Source: the human T2T-CHM13v2.0 reference genome, Homo sapiens
Assembly (NCBI RefSeq): GCF_009914755.1
Contig: NC_060927.1
Direction: 5' to 3' (one strand)
DNA: 64,000 bases
Shown: one piece after another, positions 43,931 through 57,454 of the stretch
Layout: every line of letters starts with the position of its first letter
Position numbering within the stretch: the stretch's first letter is position 1
Position numbers and translations under genes: made by a program
Notes under the pieces: generated by a model
What the model was told of the DNA's origin: nothing
Seen by the model: the letters and a program-made list of their open reading frames with translations, nothing else
Databases searched by the model: none

Positions 43931-44447
43931 TGTCACCAGTAACCTGCATTCTTTCCCTACTTTATGTCAGCCACAAAGAAAGAATGTCAAATTAGAAAGG
44001 CAATCAGGTTTTATTCAGTGGCCAAAGAAGGGGAGCTCATGATCTAAAAGTACCTCTTCCCAGGCAATGGGGGGTATGGGAGTTTTAAGGAGTTGAATGT
44101 AGGGGGAGGTATGCAGGCACGTATAGGGTGGAGTTCCAAGTGGTAGGTGCAATTCATGAACATACTTCTCCATACATTGCATGTACACAAAATGGCGGTG
44201 ATCTTCACTTAGCAGAGGGGATTTTAGTATGATAATGATATGTTAATCATTCAAAAGTAACTAGAGGTCACCTCCTTTGGTCTGCACCAATTTCTCACCA
44301 GTCTTGACTTCCTCTGATAGGGGGTCACAAAGTTGCTTTTGGCATCCAGTCCATTTGGTTTCTTCAAGCTGTTGTGCCTATCAATAAAGAGACTAAAAGA
44401 AAAAAAAACAGCTAAAGTTTTTCCACTGCAGGGCAGTTCTGGTGACA
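43931..44447 (-). mobile_element. ERV1-class solo LTR (family not assigned)
   Basis: Inverted termini TGTCACCAG...CTGGTGACA, 4-bp flanks GAAC/GAAT (TSD-like), and a minus-strand AATAAA at 44010-44015. Confidence 0.75.
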
Positions 44448-45250
44448 GAATTTCTTTTTTTGTCTCAGCAAAGAATTTAAGTTGCTTTCATTCAAATTCA
44501 ACTTCAAAATTAATTTAAAATAATTTTAAAATAACTCTAAAACTATGTCGAGCCTTGTAGTTCTACCAGAATAAATATGCTTCTTGGGTATATCCATACT
44601 GACAGCTGCATTTCTTCAAGAAATGACATGACAGAAGAGTGTCCTCCTAAAATTCAAACTTGGAAGACCAACCGGTCTCAAGCTACTTGTTTGAAAGGAT
44701 GAGTTATATAAAATGGCATGTTCTTTATCTTTAAAAAAAAAAAAAAAGTATTACAAAGCCCCAAGGAGACAATAAAATGTAAAAGGATCTGTTACCTTGA
44801 TTTTATTTACTGCTTTTTTTTTTTTTGAAAGCCAACACTGAGCTATATATTGATATACAAGACAAACCATTTCTTGGCATATTTCAACTTGTCTGAAAGT
44901 CAGTTACTTTGGTTACAGCTCAAAGGACAAGTTCTCAGTAAAGAATAAATAATGTATTCACATTAATCATTTCCCCAGTGTATAAAGTATGTATCAACTA
45001 GGATGAGAGAGAGACTGGCCTTGGGAAGAAAAGTACATACTTAGAACAAGGGTCTCAGCAGATTTCTGTCCTTTGATGAGCTCAGGATAGCTCAGGTAAG
45101 CCACATGGAACCACTGCTCAGAAATCCATAGGACAGGGCCCTCACGCCCCAGCTCAGCCACTGGTTGTCTCTGAGGAGACAGAAGCTTCGTATTTAACCC
45201 TTCTTGGCCTTTGGTCTCCCTCCACAATGGAGGAGTGGGTGGAAATAAGG

Positions 45251-45455
45251 CAGTGGTTCTCCAAACTGGTAGATTCTGATTAATCCCCTAGAGGGGAGCT
45301 CAGAGCATACAGAGATTCTTGGGCTCAAACCCAGATCTACTGGATCAGAACCTCTGGATATGTGGCTTGAGAACCTGCATATTAAACAAGTTCATTAGCT
45401 CTTTCTCATACAGTTCTCTGAGTTCTCACCACATACTCTTGTTTAATAACCACCA
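45251..45455. mobile_element. MER5A-like hAT element
   Basis: CAGTGGTTCTCCAAACT...CAGAGATTCTTGGGCTCAAACCCAGATCTACTGGATCAGAA...CTGCATATTAAACAAG. Confidence 0.7.
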
Positions 45456-46077
45456 GAGTGATGATTTCTGATTTCCAAGGTCCAAGCCAAGTGTACTGTG
45501 GCAGAATAATGATTCCTTCAGTGCCTCTCAACTCCAGAAATGGAAACTGAATAAGTCAGTAATTACCTCTAAGCACTAGTTTTTTTTAAAATGTATTTTC
45601 TGTCTGCTCATTTAATTTCCTTATCTTTTTTATTGTCCTTATCTTTGAACCAACAATTTCATAGTTGGGAATTAAATGAATTGCAGCGTTGTTTACATGA
45701 TATCTTCCATTTATTGATTAACTACACTGTGTTCAGACACTAGACTGTTATGTATCATCTTGAGTATTAAAAATGAAATCTCAAAGAGTCATTATTCTCT
45801 TTTCACAGATTTTAAAAAGCAGGTGTATTGAGGCTAAGTTGGTCAAAGCCACAGAATTCATGATCAGAAAATTCAGGATTTGAAATCATTCTTAGAAGAT
45901 CAATAACATGTGCTGTTTATATCACATTATTGCCTCTGTTTAGTAATTGTAGACTAAATATCCCCAACTTGGGGAAATATTAAAATAAATTATTGTATGT
46001 TCACTGTATGAAACATAAGATAGCTATTAGAAGCATGATTTACAATATGAATATGACTAGGTCAACTCTATGTATGC

Positions 46078-46610
46078 ATGTTTTATCAACTATTGCTGCA
46101 TAATAAATCATGTAAAACTCAATGCTTAAAACAGTAGGCGTTTATTATTGCTCATTTGTCTATGGGAAAACAAGTGGTTCTGCTGATCAGCTGGGCTTTT
46201 TGGGTGTCAGCATTTGGGTCAGCCAGATACTGACTGGTCTAGGCTAGGACAGACAGCCTTGCTGACATGTCTAGTGGTCAACTGGCTATTGGCTGGAACA
46301 ACGGGATAATAGATCATGTGTCTCTTCAGTGTCATCCAGCAGGCTAGCCTAGGCTTATTCCCATGATGACTTGGAAAAGTTCCAGGAGATTGGGGATTGC
46401 AAGGCAGCTTAAGACCTAGGCTCAGAATGTGCACGATTTCACTTCTGCCGTATGCTGTTGGCCAGAGAAAGATATGAGGTGACTCCAGATTCAAGGAGTG
46501 AGAAAATCAACTCTATTTCTTGCATAAGAAAAGCCACAAAGTCACATAGAATGAGTGTGGACACAGGAAAAGGAATAATAGGGTCATTTTGTTCAATCAA
46601 TATGCTACAC
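46078..46610 (-). mobile_element. MLT1-type MaLR LTR
   Basis: TATCAACTATTGCTGCATAATAAATCA...CACTTCTGCCGTATGCTGTTGGCCA...TCAATATGCTACA. Confidence 0.65.
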
Positions 46611-49466
46611 ACATGAACGAGAACTGGAAGGCATATGGAAAATGCAGAGAACTGATGTGTTGGCAAGTTAGGGCTGTGAAAGATTTTTCTTTTTTCTTTG
46701 TATGTTTGTTATTTCATATAGGTGGTTATAATCCTGCCGGTGTAACAAACAATGTTTGAGAGCAAAAAACAGTAAGAGGAGCCAGAGCAAGCATAAGATC
46801 AACAACTACATTACTATGCTGAAAGGATTGTATCAATAATTTGCATATCATAAACCAATGTAGCCTTCTTCTCTGTAGAGCATGTAGGTGGGTAACAATG
46901 GAAAGAGCCTCAAACTACTAAAGTTAAATAGGTCTCCAAAATATATCCAATGGCTGTGGATCTGAAGTGGAATTTAGTCATGAGATACCCAATTATTCTT
47001 AGCACTTCTGCTCACTCTGCGTATTACCAGGACTGGCACCATCTTAGGACTGCAACATTTTAGCCATCTTTGGAATCCCTAGGGAACAATTCTTCCTTAA
47101 TAGACGTGATTTCTGATAGTCAAAGTTTTGTCATTTAAGAACCAAAATTTCAAGTTGTTTTAAAAAAGACTGTAACTATTTTAAATAGAAATTATTAGTT
47201 AAATGTATAACTTGTTGACATCCTTGTGTTTTAAAATAGAGTTGATGGAAAACATTTTAACAGTTTTTTGACAACATTGCTCTTTGCCAGAATGCAACGA
47301 CATCCTCAGAACCTGTGAAGCAGAGCAGGGTTTCTTTGCCCTTATGTAAAATATTCTGAGAATGCCATGCTTTCAAGTTCTTCTTTCTGCTCCTTCATTG
47401 TTTTTGTGCTCTCTCTTGTTCCCATGGGGCTCTAAGTGTGCCTTCTTCTGACAGTTTGTTCTGTTTTACTTGGCTTCTTCTAATATGCTGTCAACTTAGA
47501 AAAACCAACCTTATTAGGACTATTTGTCAAGGAAGAGGAATTAGGCTCTAGGTAAGGACCAGGGAGCCTCTCATCTGAGTAAGATACATGGTCATTAGTG
47601 TATGAAAGGCTTGGTGACATATCCTTCGTCTGATTTTTTTTTCTTGGTTCTTGCCTGTATCAAAACATAGACAAGAGCTAGGTTGTTGGGAATCTGAAAC
47701 TTTGGCACATTGCCAGATGTGAAGGAAGTACAGATATGCATGACCTGAGTGAATAAATAAAATGCATCCAATGTGGGCTAATTGTACTTAGGACATTAAA
47801 TATTCCATAACCTTATTTTGTCAAAGGTCAGTTTTTCAAATAAATTAAAGGCTTTTTCAAAGCATTAACACGTCTTTACATTTTATTTTAGGGTATCAGT
47901 GAGTTTGTTCATTCCATATTTTCATTCATTCACTCCTACACTGAGAATACACACACACACACACACACAACCTTATCCTCATGGAAATTGTGTTCTTGTT
48001 TGGAAGATAGAAATAGATGTACATAATTGTGAAGTCTTAAGACAAACAGTATAACTGAAACAGATCAGCCAGTGTGGAAGTACGTAAGATGGAGGAAGAA
48101 AAGCACCTCCTAGACCTTTGCATCCCTGTAAAATGTGGTTGGTAATATCCAATTAACAGATGTTTTGCTGAGGATTTATTGTGACACAGGGTGAAGTCAT
48201 ATGTACTCAAAAAAGTTTATTATATAGACAATGTGGAAGGCAATCTAAACTAACAGAAAGTATAACACTGTGCTATCTGAGAGACCTAGATTCAGAGCTT
48301 ATTTTCATCACTTATTTGTTGGATTTTTGCTTAGCTCCATTTTTTTTTTCTTTCTGAAGAATGGGGATAACTTCTACCTTGCAGTGCTGTTGGAAGAATA
48401 AAATAAAATGACACAAGTAAAGTGTCACAGGCAGTAGCTGGAAAAGTAAGTGTTCCATGAGTATCAGCTTCTTTCCTCTTTTCCTCTTCACAGAGTGGGT
48501 GACAACTGAGCTGGGTTTTGAAGGATGAGTAGGAGTTCACAAACCTAATCATGAATCCCCCACAGGGAAAGTGGCCTTTCAGCAGAGTGAGATATGGGCA
48601 TTTGCTTCTAAAACTGGAAGATGATTTGTGAAGCTGTTGCTTCCTGGGCAGCAGAGCCACCAACACTTCTCTATTTCCTTATCTGTATTTAATAATGTTG
48701 GCTCATTAACCTAGTGGACTTATGAACTCACTGGTGCTACTTCACTAACAAGATATATTTGAGGTCTCATTTCAACCTAATAGTGATGTGGAATTTACCC
48801 TGATAGGAAGGACAGAGAAGAAAACACTAGAAATCAATAACATTGAATGACCTAGCAGAATTTTGAACATGTACAAGGGGGAGTGGAATATTTCTTCCAC
48901 AATCAAGTGCGCAGGGTTTGAAGTTAAATCAGGTGTTACAAATAAGAAGCTGGAGATCTCATTATTTAGATTAGGTCTGTCCATTCATTCAATGGGTATA
49001 TATTTATCACCTCTCACTTGCAAAATATTGGGTTAAGAGAACAGACAAACATGAAGATGGCTAACTATGACACAGGATGAAATGAGGGTTATACATGAGA
49101 AAAAACTAAAAAGGATGGAAGTGGTAATTTATCTGGTTTTTTGAAGGAAAAGTAGAGTCATGGTTGGCCAAGGAGAGAAGCAAAGCATTCTATGTGGAGA
49201 GAACAGCATAAACCAAGGGCAGAGGCTTGAAAGCACGTGGCTGCAAAGGAAAGAAAAAGAAAGTGTGAACTGTTACACGAATCATCAAGCCCATTAAAAA
49301 CAAAACCAACAAACGAAAAGAAAAAAAAAATCACTGAGAAGTACAGCCAGAACCAACATAATCTTTCCTTGGAGTCCTCATTAAAAACAAGTCATAGTTT
49401 CGCTTTTCTTTTTTTTTTTTTTCTTCCCTGTTTGTGACTTAGACCTTTCCAAAGCCCCTGTATGCA

Positions 49467-49901
49467 TTGCAGCAGGCACTGTTAAGGCCATGCACCTAAA
49501 CCTGCAGAACTCACCACACAGGCCTTCAGCATTCTGTCTGTAGGCCAGTTCTCTCTAACTGAGGGCTTCAGGCTGTGAAGAGGGATAGACCAGAAAGGCA
49601 GGGAATTTGATGCTTGCAGGAGCCAATAAGAGAAAGGAGTTGGAGGATAAATTCACCTGCTTCCCGCACCTCCTATAATACCTCTGAAGCATGTTCACAC
49701 TATCTTCCAGAGCACCCCAGTGAGGTAGCCCCAGTTGCCTACCACAGGCACCTGCTCATGGATGCATTCTTTATCAAATCCCTTCATTTCCCTGTCTCAA
49801 TTCCCCACTCTCTTTTCTGGAATCATCTCCCAAATAAACTACTTGCATTTATGTCCTTGTCTCTCAGGAGGACATTCTCGGGGAGAGGCAACCCCAAGAC
49901 A
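49467..49901 (+). mobile_element. LTR16-family ERVL solo LTR
   Basis: TGCAGCAGGCACTGTT...CATCTCCCAAATAAACTACTTGCA...AACCCCAAGACA. Confidence 0.65.
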
Positions 49902-52900
49902 GCATTGTTTAAGCCTTCTGGTGGTACACAGGGCAGCAGTGTTGATGAACTGACATGGAAAAGATTAGGGATGGTTTAAGGTAAGACAGCAGAATCGAAG
50001 CTGATTTTAAGAAGTGGTTCTGGGAGTATTTCCATGTGCTTTTGAACTTTAATTTTTGTAAATTTAATTGTATCTTCAGGAGGATTAAATGAGTTAATTC
50101 CTATGAATTGCTTAGGAAAGGGCCTGGTGCATACATTTCAACATTGTCATTGCTCTTATTGTTTTTAGATTAGCCCCTCCTCTTGTTCTGGTGTGTGGCA
50201 GCATGCTCCCTGAAAGAGGCAGACCCAGATAAGAAAGAGGTAGGAGAGGGAGAGATGGTCCTGAGGCCTCACTGATCTTGTTTCCACACTGTGGAGCTGA
50301 TGCCTGCAGGCAGCTTCTCTCACCTTTGGTGAGACTCCCCTTCCTGCTCAGAGCTTGTGTTGAACATGGAACTCACCTTGTGTGACAAGTTATGGTGGCC
50401 TTCTTCATGATCATTCAATGTAATCACTAGCTTCATGTGCTGTACAAAGATTCCCTGTCAAGTTCCCTGTGGGAAAAGGGAGCTGGGGGAGTTGGTAATT
50501 CCAGATTTCTAAGTACTCTACCCTCCTGGCTTCTGATTCAGGAGAGGTCAGGGTTTGGAACTGATAATCCACGTTCTTTTATAAGCTGCTCGGGTGATTC
50601 TGATGGGCAGCCAAATCTGAGAACCACATTGCTATGTGGCTTTGTTCCCCAGGATCCATATCACAGAGTATTGCGTGTTATAACAGAAAGGGTGGAAGCT
50701 TTTTCTGAATAGGGTCTAAGGCTGACTTTCCTTTTCTAACTAATGTCAGAACAAGTGGCGCTACAGCCCCTTACAGGGAGTTTTTGTCTCCACACTTTCA
50801 GCAAAATGAGAGGAAAAGTGTTGCTCCTAGAGTTGAGATAAGTGACATTCTGGAAATATCAGAATGTCCTGTTCTTCAGACTGACTCTCTTAATTTGTAT
50901 CATTTAAAGACTTGGGGATGGTGTAAGAAGGAACTAACATTTTAAGGAAGACATTGGTAAGACATTCTATTTTAAAAATAGAGGCACAGCTGAAGAAAGA
51001 AAACTGGTTTTTCTCTGCGTGAGAATGAACAGTTCACATGGCATTTTGGACTGTTCTAAACAGGCCTGCAGTAATACATAATCAACTATTGGAGGAAAGA
51101 TAGTTTTGTCTTATATTTATGGAGGGGACACTGAACACAGAAACTAAGAATAACTGTACTTAGTACTGCACGCTTCGGTTCTCAAAGTACTTTCGCATGA
51201 GCTGCTTCGTGGTGGCTTCACCACTGCCCCATCGGATACCAGGGCTGCAGCGCCTCCCCTTGCAGCCCTGAATCCGAGGGTTCGGGAAGGTGTAAATTAG
51301 AAATATAAGAAGCCTCACCCAGATAGGAGGGATTTTTTGGTTAATAAAATTGTAGAAATTTTGCCAGCTAAATGGATTACCCTCATATCATAGGGATGCA
51401 GAAACACCTCTGGCGTAAGACATACTCATCAAAAGAGAGAGGTTTTTACAAATATTTTATAAGCACTCCAATTAAAATAATGCCCCAGATCCCTTTAGAC
51501 CAACTCCATTCCTTTGCTGCAGGGCATCATCACCACACACCTCCCTAAGACTGGGGTGGGTCAGGAGCTGAGAGCAGAGTGGGGAGAGTGCTTTCAGATG
51601 GAATCTTAAACAAGCAGATCATGACTAGGCTTTTTGGAGCTCCATGAAAACACTCAAATGTTATACACTCTACGTTTCATAAACTACATGGGGAGAAACA
51701 GACTTTCATCCTCTTTCCTACCCACGCCTTATTTTATTAAGAGCTGTAATTTGGTCTGGGTTCTGGAGGCATAGTGGTTTAACAGGGTTTTTTTAACTCA
51801 ATTTGTTGAAAAGGAAAGAAAAACCAGAAAGCCATTTTGTAAGTGTTTGATTCTGAAATGTATCTTGCCTGTAGCTTTAGGAGAGAGAGTACATTTCACT
51901 TGTGTCATTGTAATTTCCATCAGCCTCAGCTGTGTATTATTTATATACCTCAGCATTTTTATTCCCATTTTATAGGTGAATAAACAGAGGTTTGGAAAGG
52001 CTAAGAGAGTCTCATCAATACACGCAGTTGGCTATGACACCCCCCCTTCATGGGGAAATGATCAGCGAAAAAGTCAAGTACCTCTTGATCAAATTTACTA
52101 TTCATATCTCAGTGTACTGGGCAAGATTATTGAAAATGGTTTCCATGTTTTTCTTCTTTCACTCTTATTACAGTACTAACAAGATTCTTGTAAAAACTGG
52201 ACCTCAGGGATTCTTTCTGATATAAAGTCTTAATCCTTAATCATAGCAACAACTATTCATCTTCTGGTTCCATACCAGGCTTTAAGAAATGTGTGTTAGG
52301 AACAGCCAAACTCCTAAGCCATCAATTTGCTGATAGAGCTCTCCCTGTTATAAAAAATAATAGAAGGAAAACAAACAGATGTATCTCTGCTATTTTTGAC
52401 TAGAATTATGAAAATAGGCATCATAAAAGTCATTTATTTTCTCTTCTTTAATAATAAGCAAAGACTTATTTAGTGCCTACTATGAACAATGTAATATTGT
52501 GTGCTATGCAGGACGGCAGAAAGAGTGAATCTACTGCTCAGCAGTTTATGGTGGGACCACTTTTAATCCCCTGTACCAGAAGAGTAGATAATTATATCTA
52601 TCACCAGAAATTATACAACTGAAATACAACATTGTTTTAATCTCTAAACAACTGTCAGGAAGGAAATGCCCATCTCCCACCTTGTATATGCTAAACTTGC
52701 GCACATTCGCAAGACTGGGTAATGTGGAGATTTATAACCTGGGCTTTGGAAACAGACAACCCAGGTTCAAGCCTTTGTTCAAATACTTACTATCTAGGCA
52801 GACTTTGGCAACTTACTGAACCGCACTAAACCTTATCATTTTCGTTTGTAAAATGATGATAACAATAGATTCTAGTAGATCAGGTTGAATGATAATCAAA

Positions 52901-53758
52901 TGACATAATCCATGAACAGCGCTTAGGCTGATACCCAGAAACAAATATTAGCACCATTATTGGAATTAGAAAGGTCCATGGTAGGAAATCACAACTGCCA
53001 AATTTCTCCATTACGTAAGTGGTTCTCCACAGTTTTTCATTTAAGATCTAAAACATTTTGTTCAAATGCAGTCATGTTCAGAAACCTGGGATACAGAGAA
53101 AACAGTGGAGTGGGCTGGTTGAAGCAGAGAAGGGATGTGGAACCCTGGTTCCTTTGACTGCCCCTAGCACACCCTCCCATCTTCATGGTGTGCCCTGGAG
53201 CATCTCCATGGAATTCCTGGCGTTCGGCTTAAAAAACTAAGCTATTAAATATTATGCCTGTAATTACATTGTAAGCTGAGATGATTTGGTTATTTGAATG
53301 TACCATCTATATTCTCACATATACACAAATTTCATCAAAATATTTGATGGTTGTATTTTACATTTTGAACATTGAAAGTCTAGGCCAATATGTTCATATA
53401 CCTACCTTTATAATTAAGAAATATGTCAGAGTAATTCAGCATTATGTATTCACTCATGTAACAATGTGTATTGAGAATTATTTATATACCAGGCCCGTAA
53501 GTTCCTGGCTTGCACAGTAACTCAGAAAGATTCTAAGTTCCTTTCAGCAGGGACCATGTTTACCTGTTTCACCACTGTATCCACAGAGTGATACAGTACA
53601 TGGCATGTGCATGGCATATAACACATACGCCATAAACAATTGCAGAACTGAAATTTTTAGGTGAATGAATGGTTGCCCTTTTACTTTAGAAGATTAACAA
53701 CTTTCTCATGGATTTGAGAATTGTTGTTTCCTATTGAGGACGTGAGCCCCCAGGTGAG

Positions 53759-54050
53759 TTTTTTTTTTTTAATACTTTAAGTTTTAGGGTAGATGTGCAC
53801 AATGTGCAGGTTTGTTACATATGTATGCATGTGCCAGGTTGGTGTGCTGCACTCATTAACTCATCATTTAACATTAGGTATATCTCCTAATGCTATCCCT
53901 TCCCCCTCCCCCCACCCCACAACAGGCCCCAGTATGTGACGTTCCCCTTCCTGTGTCCATGTGTTCTCATTGTTCAATTCCCACCTATGAGTGAGAACAT
54001 GTGGTGTTTGGTTTTTTGTCCTTGCGATAGTTTGCTAAGAATGATGGTTT
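53759..54050 (-). mobile_element. 5'-truncated young L1PA 3' end
   Basis: ATACTTTAAGTTTTAGGGTA..TGTGCACAATGTGCAGGTTTGTTACATATG...CCCACCTATGAGTGAGAACATG is near-consensus L1PA. Confidence 0.93.
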
Positions 54051-54330
54051 TAGCTGTGATATGTAAAACCTGAGTCGCCTTGTCTCCTGAGTCAAAGTCT
54101 TTTTGGGATATTTAGGGAGTTTCTAAAGGGACTCAGCCCCTCCATTAGCTTGAAATATTTAGGACAGAAATGAAAGCACTTAATGATCTGGAATTATTGC
54201 CTGAGATCCAGGGCCTGTGGATGGACATCCAGGAATCCATGGACAGCCCTCCAGCAAGAATCAAAAACAAGCAACTCTTCATGGACCCAATCCATAGACT
54301 GAGTCTCTGAATACTCAGAAATGCCAGTAG

Positions 54331-54748
<418 letters not shown>

Positions 54749-55104
54749 CGTTTTCTTTCTAAAACATGAACAGCTCTTTCCTCTAGAGACAAAATAAAAC
54801 AGCATGTAGTATTATCTCTATCAAACAACCTGGCAAAGGGTATCACTCTCATCCTTATTATTGTTAGATGTTAAATGCTTGGTATGCACTTAACACCTTG
54901 TATGCATTCGTTTACAAGCGCCCAATTTTATCGGTTAGGGCAAGTGACAAGACCACACAAGTAGTAATATACAGAGCTGGAACTAGAATCCACCTGTTTG
55001 TGTTAGTCGGGTTTCAGGCAGGAAATAGCTGGCACACTCACACAGAGTGATTGAGGGGAGTTTTTTGAAGGGGCAAATTGAAAAGAGGTAAACAAGGTTT
55101 AAGC

Positions 55105-55278
55105 AAAAAAGAAAAGGGAAGGAAGGGAGGAGAGACAGAGAAAGAAAGAAGAGTGAGAGAGAGAGAGAAAGAAAGAAGAAAGGAAAAAGGGAAGGAAGAA
55201 AGGAAGTGAAGGGAGGTAGGGAGGGAGGGAGGGAGAGAAAGAAAGAAAAAGAAGGAAAGAAAGAAGAAAGAGAAAGAA
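55105..55278. repeat. Purine-rich low-complexity tract
   Basis: Degenerate GAAA/GGAA/GA runs. Confidence 0.85.
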
Positions 55279-55279
55279 G

Positions 55280-55558
55280 CTGTAAGTATGGAGAGGGCCA
55301 CTTCACAGCACCTGTGGCCTTCGCTAGAGGAATGTAGCCAACTTCAGAACCCATCACGGGGACTAAGGGAATAAATACCCTGACCTCAGTCTCCTCTCAC
55401 CCTCTAATTACCTGGCAGTATTTCTTATTATTAGCACCTCCCATTAGGATGCCTCAAAGAAAGGGAGCTTATTGATGGGGTCCATTAGTTCAGCCTGCTG
55501 GGACACAGATTAGGCAAGAAAGTGACTCTAGAGGGACAAACAAAAGCTCTCCAGCACA
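55280..55558 (-). mobile_element. LTR33-like ERVL LTR fragment
   Basis: GGAATAAATACCCTGACCTCAGTCTCCTC...TCTAGAGGGACAAACAAAAGCTCTCCAGCACA. Confidence 0.55.
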
Positions 55559-55920
55559 ATGTCTGCCTAAAGGGGAGCATGCTTAGCCACATATATTCTG
55601 TCTCCAAATAATTCTGTTTATCCCTTATTCAGCAAATAGTCATTGCTTGGCCGCTCTGTGCTGGGCACTTTGCTTTGGGCTGAGGATACAGAGATAGTAA
55701 GATATTGTGTCTTTGAAGAGCTTAGACTCACGGTCTTCAGAAAATATGTCTTGCACATTTTTACCTGCTATTTTAACTACCATTTTCTCTCATTTTATCT
55801 CCCAAGCATGACTACATTTCCATCCAAAAATCCTAATTTTCTCAATCTTCTTCCACTATATTCCTTAGCTTTTCTTGCATCCACAAACTTTTCCCTCTAC
55901 TTTCAGCTTCAGTGTAGAAA

Positions 55921-56046
55921 TTTTTTAATAAAATTATGTTTTATTGTCATATAGATGAGTGCTTGCTATGTTGCCTAGGCTGGTCTCGAACTCCCGGCCT
56001 TGCCTACCTTATGCTCCAGTACCACAGGCCTGAGCTACTGTACCTC
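55921..56046 (-). pseudogene. Retrocopy of a shortened Alu-left-monomer Pol III RNA (ASR/snaR-lineage-like)
   Basis: A-box-like GTAGCTCAGG, perfect B-box GTTCGAGAC, an altered and shortened Alu 5' domain, a non-Alu 3' tail, and a ~17-bp TSD at 55903-55919 / 56047-56063. Confidence 0.65.
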
Positions 56047-57454
56047 TCAGCTTCAGTTTAGAATTCTTTCAGACAGATTTGAAGCCTACTGAGGAAAGCT
56101 AATGATCTAATAAATCTTCAAGTGATATTAATATTATTTTTATCTCGTTAGTATTTGAAAAAGAATAGAGACAGTGTTGGAGAAAACAACTTTCTCTTAC
56201 AAGGAAAATAAAAGATAAGAGGTCTAGAAAGTTCTGCTCTGATTCTATATACCTGCTCACATCACAATACATTGCATTTTACCCATGCTAGGAGCTGTGC
56301 TCAGTCAGAGAAAGGAAGGCACCATTAAAGATTTCAAGGTTGTTCCATAAGTGAATTGGATGTAAGTGCTCTCACTGCTATAGCTTGAAAGAGCTGAAAT
56401 TGTTCCTGAAGCAAAATGGAAGAGGCTTGGCTAACTCTCTTGGTCATTTATTAGTATGGCCAAAGTAGCCTTATCTTTGATTGCCTCCTTTCTCCTACTG
56501 CAATGAAGAAATCCTCTGGCTCTGGATTTTCCTCTCTGTGTTTGCTAAATGCTTAGAAAGCTAGGCCTCCCACTGGCCAGCAGACAGGCCTGAAAGGACC
56601 CCTTTTGAGAGGCCAGATGTTTAGAAATAGAAGCTATAAGGCAAAGGAACTGTTGCATTTACCAGAAGGTGTGTCCACCAAAGGGGAGAGAAGCTTTTCC
56701 ATTCAGAGGAAAAAAAAATTCTTTTGAAGTTGTCTGAAGGCCATTGCTCAACTGAAAGATCACAGTTGAAGCTCTGACCATATTAGAAATTAGCATTGCT
56801 AATGAGGTTTTTAGAGAATCACAGATTATTTTAATCTACTTAACCTTCTCTATAAATACTTGACTTAGAAAACATTGTACTTCTATTTCTGATAATCTAA
56901 TAATGGATAAATGTTATTTTAAAGGCAGTAGCAACAATGTGAATATCATTTTTCAAACAAGAACTATCAAATATTGGCATATCACTTTATTTTTGTCAGT
57001 TCCAATTCTATGATAGAGAGTGGTAGCCGACTGTCTGAGCTATCTGATAAATTGGAAGGTTAGGACAGTCTAAGTGGCTAGCTGACAAGATTATTTCTCT
57101 AATGACAAATATATGGGCAAGTATCAAAAAATCAGCTACTGTATGTGGGCCTAGCTAAGCAAAACCCTGGGAACCCAAGCTTCTAAAAAAGCAACTGATC
57201 AATATAGTTTACAAAAGGAGCTTTCCACCATCTTTTACATGCCTTCCAATTAAATCAATATGACACTGAAATTTGCAACCCTTCCAGAATGTTCTTTGAA
57301 TGAAGAGGTAAAAATAATCTGTATCTGCTATGAATATGAATGAATCAATTGCCCTTATTCATCTGTTCTGTATTTCAAGGCTAACCTCCTTTGAAAAAAT
57401 TAGGTTTCTTCACCACCATCTCAAACCTAAATTGTTCTCAAGTTGATTCACTGA

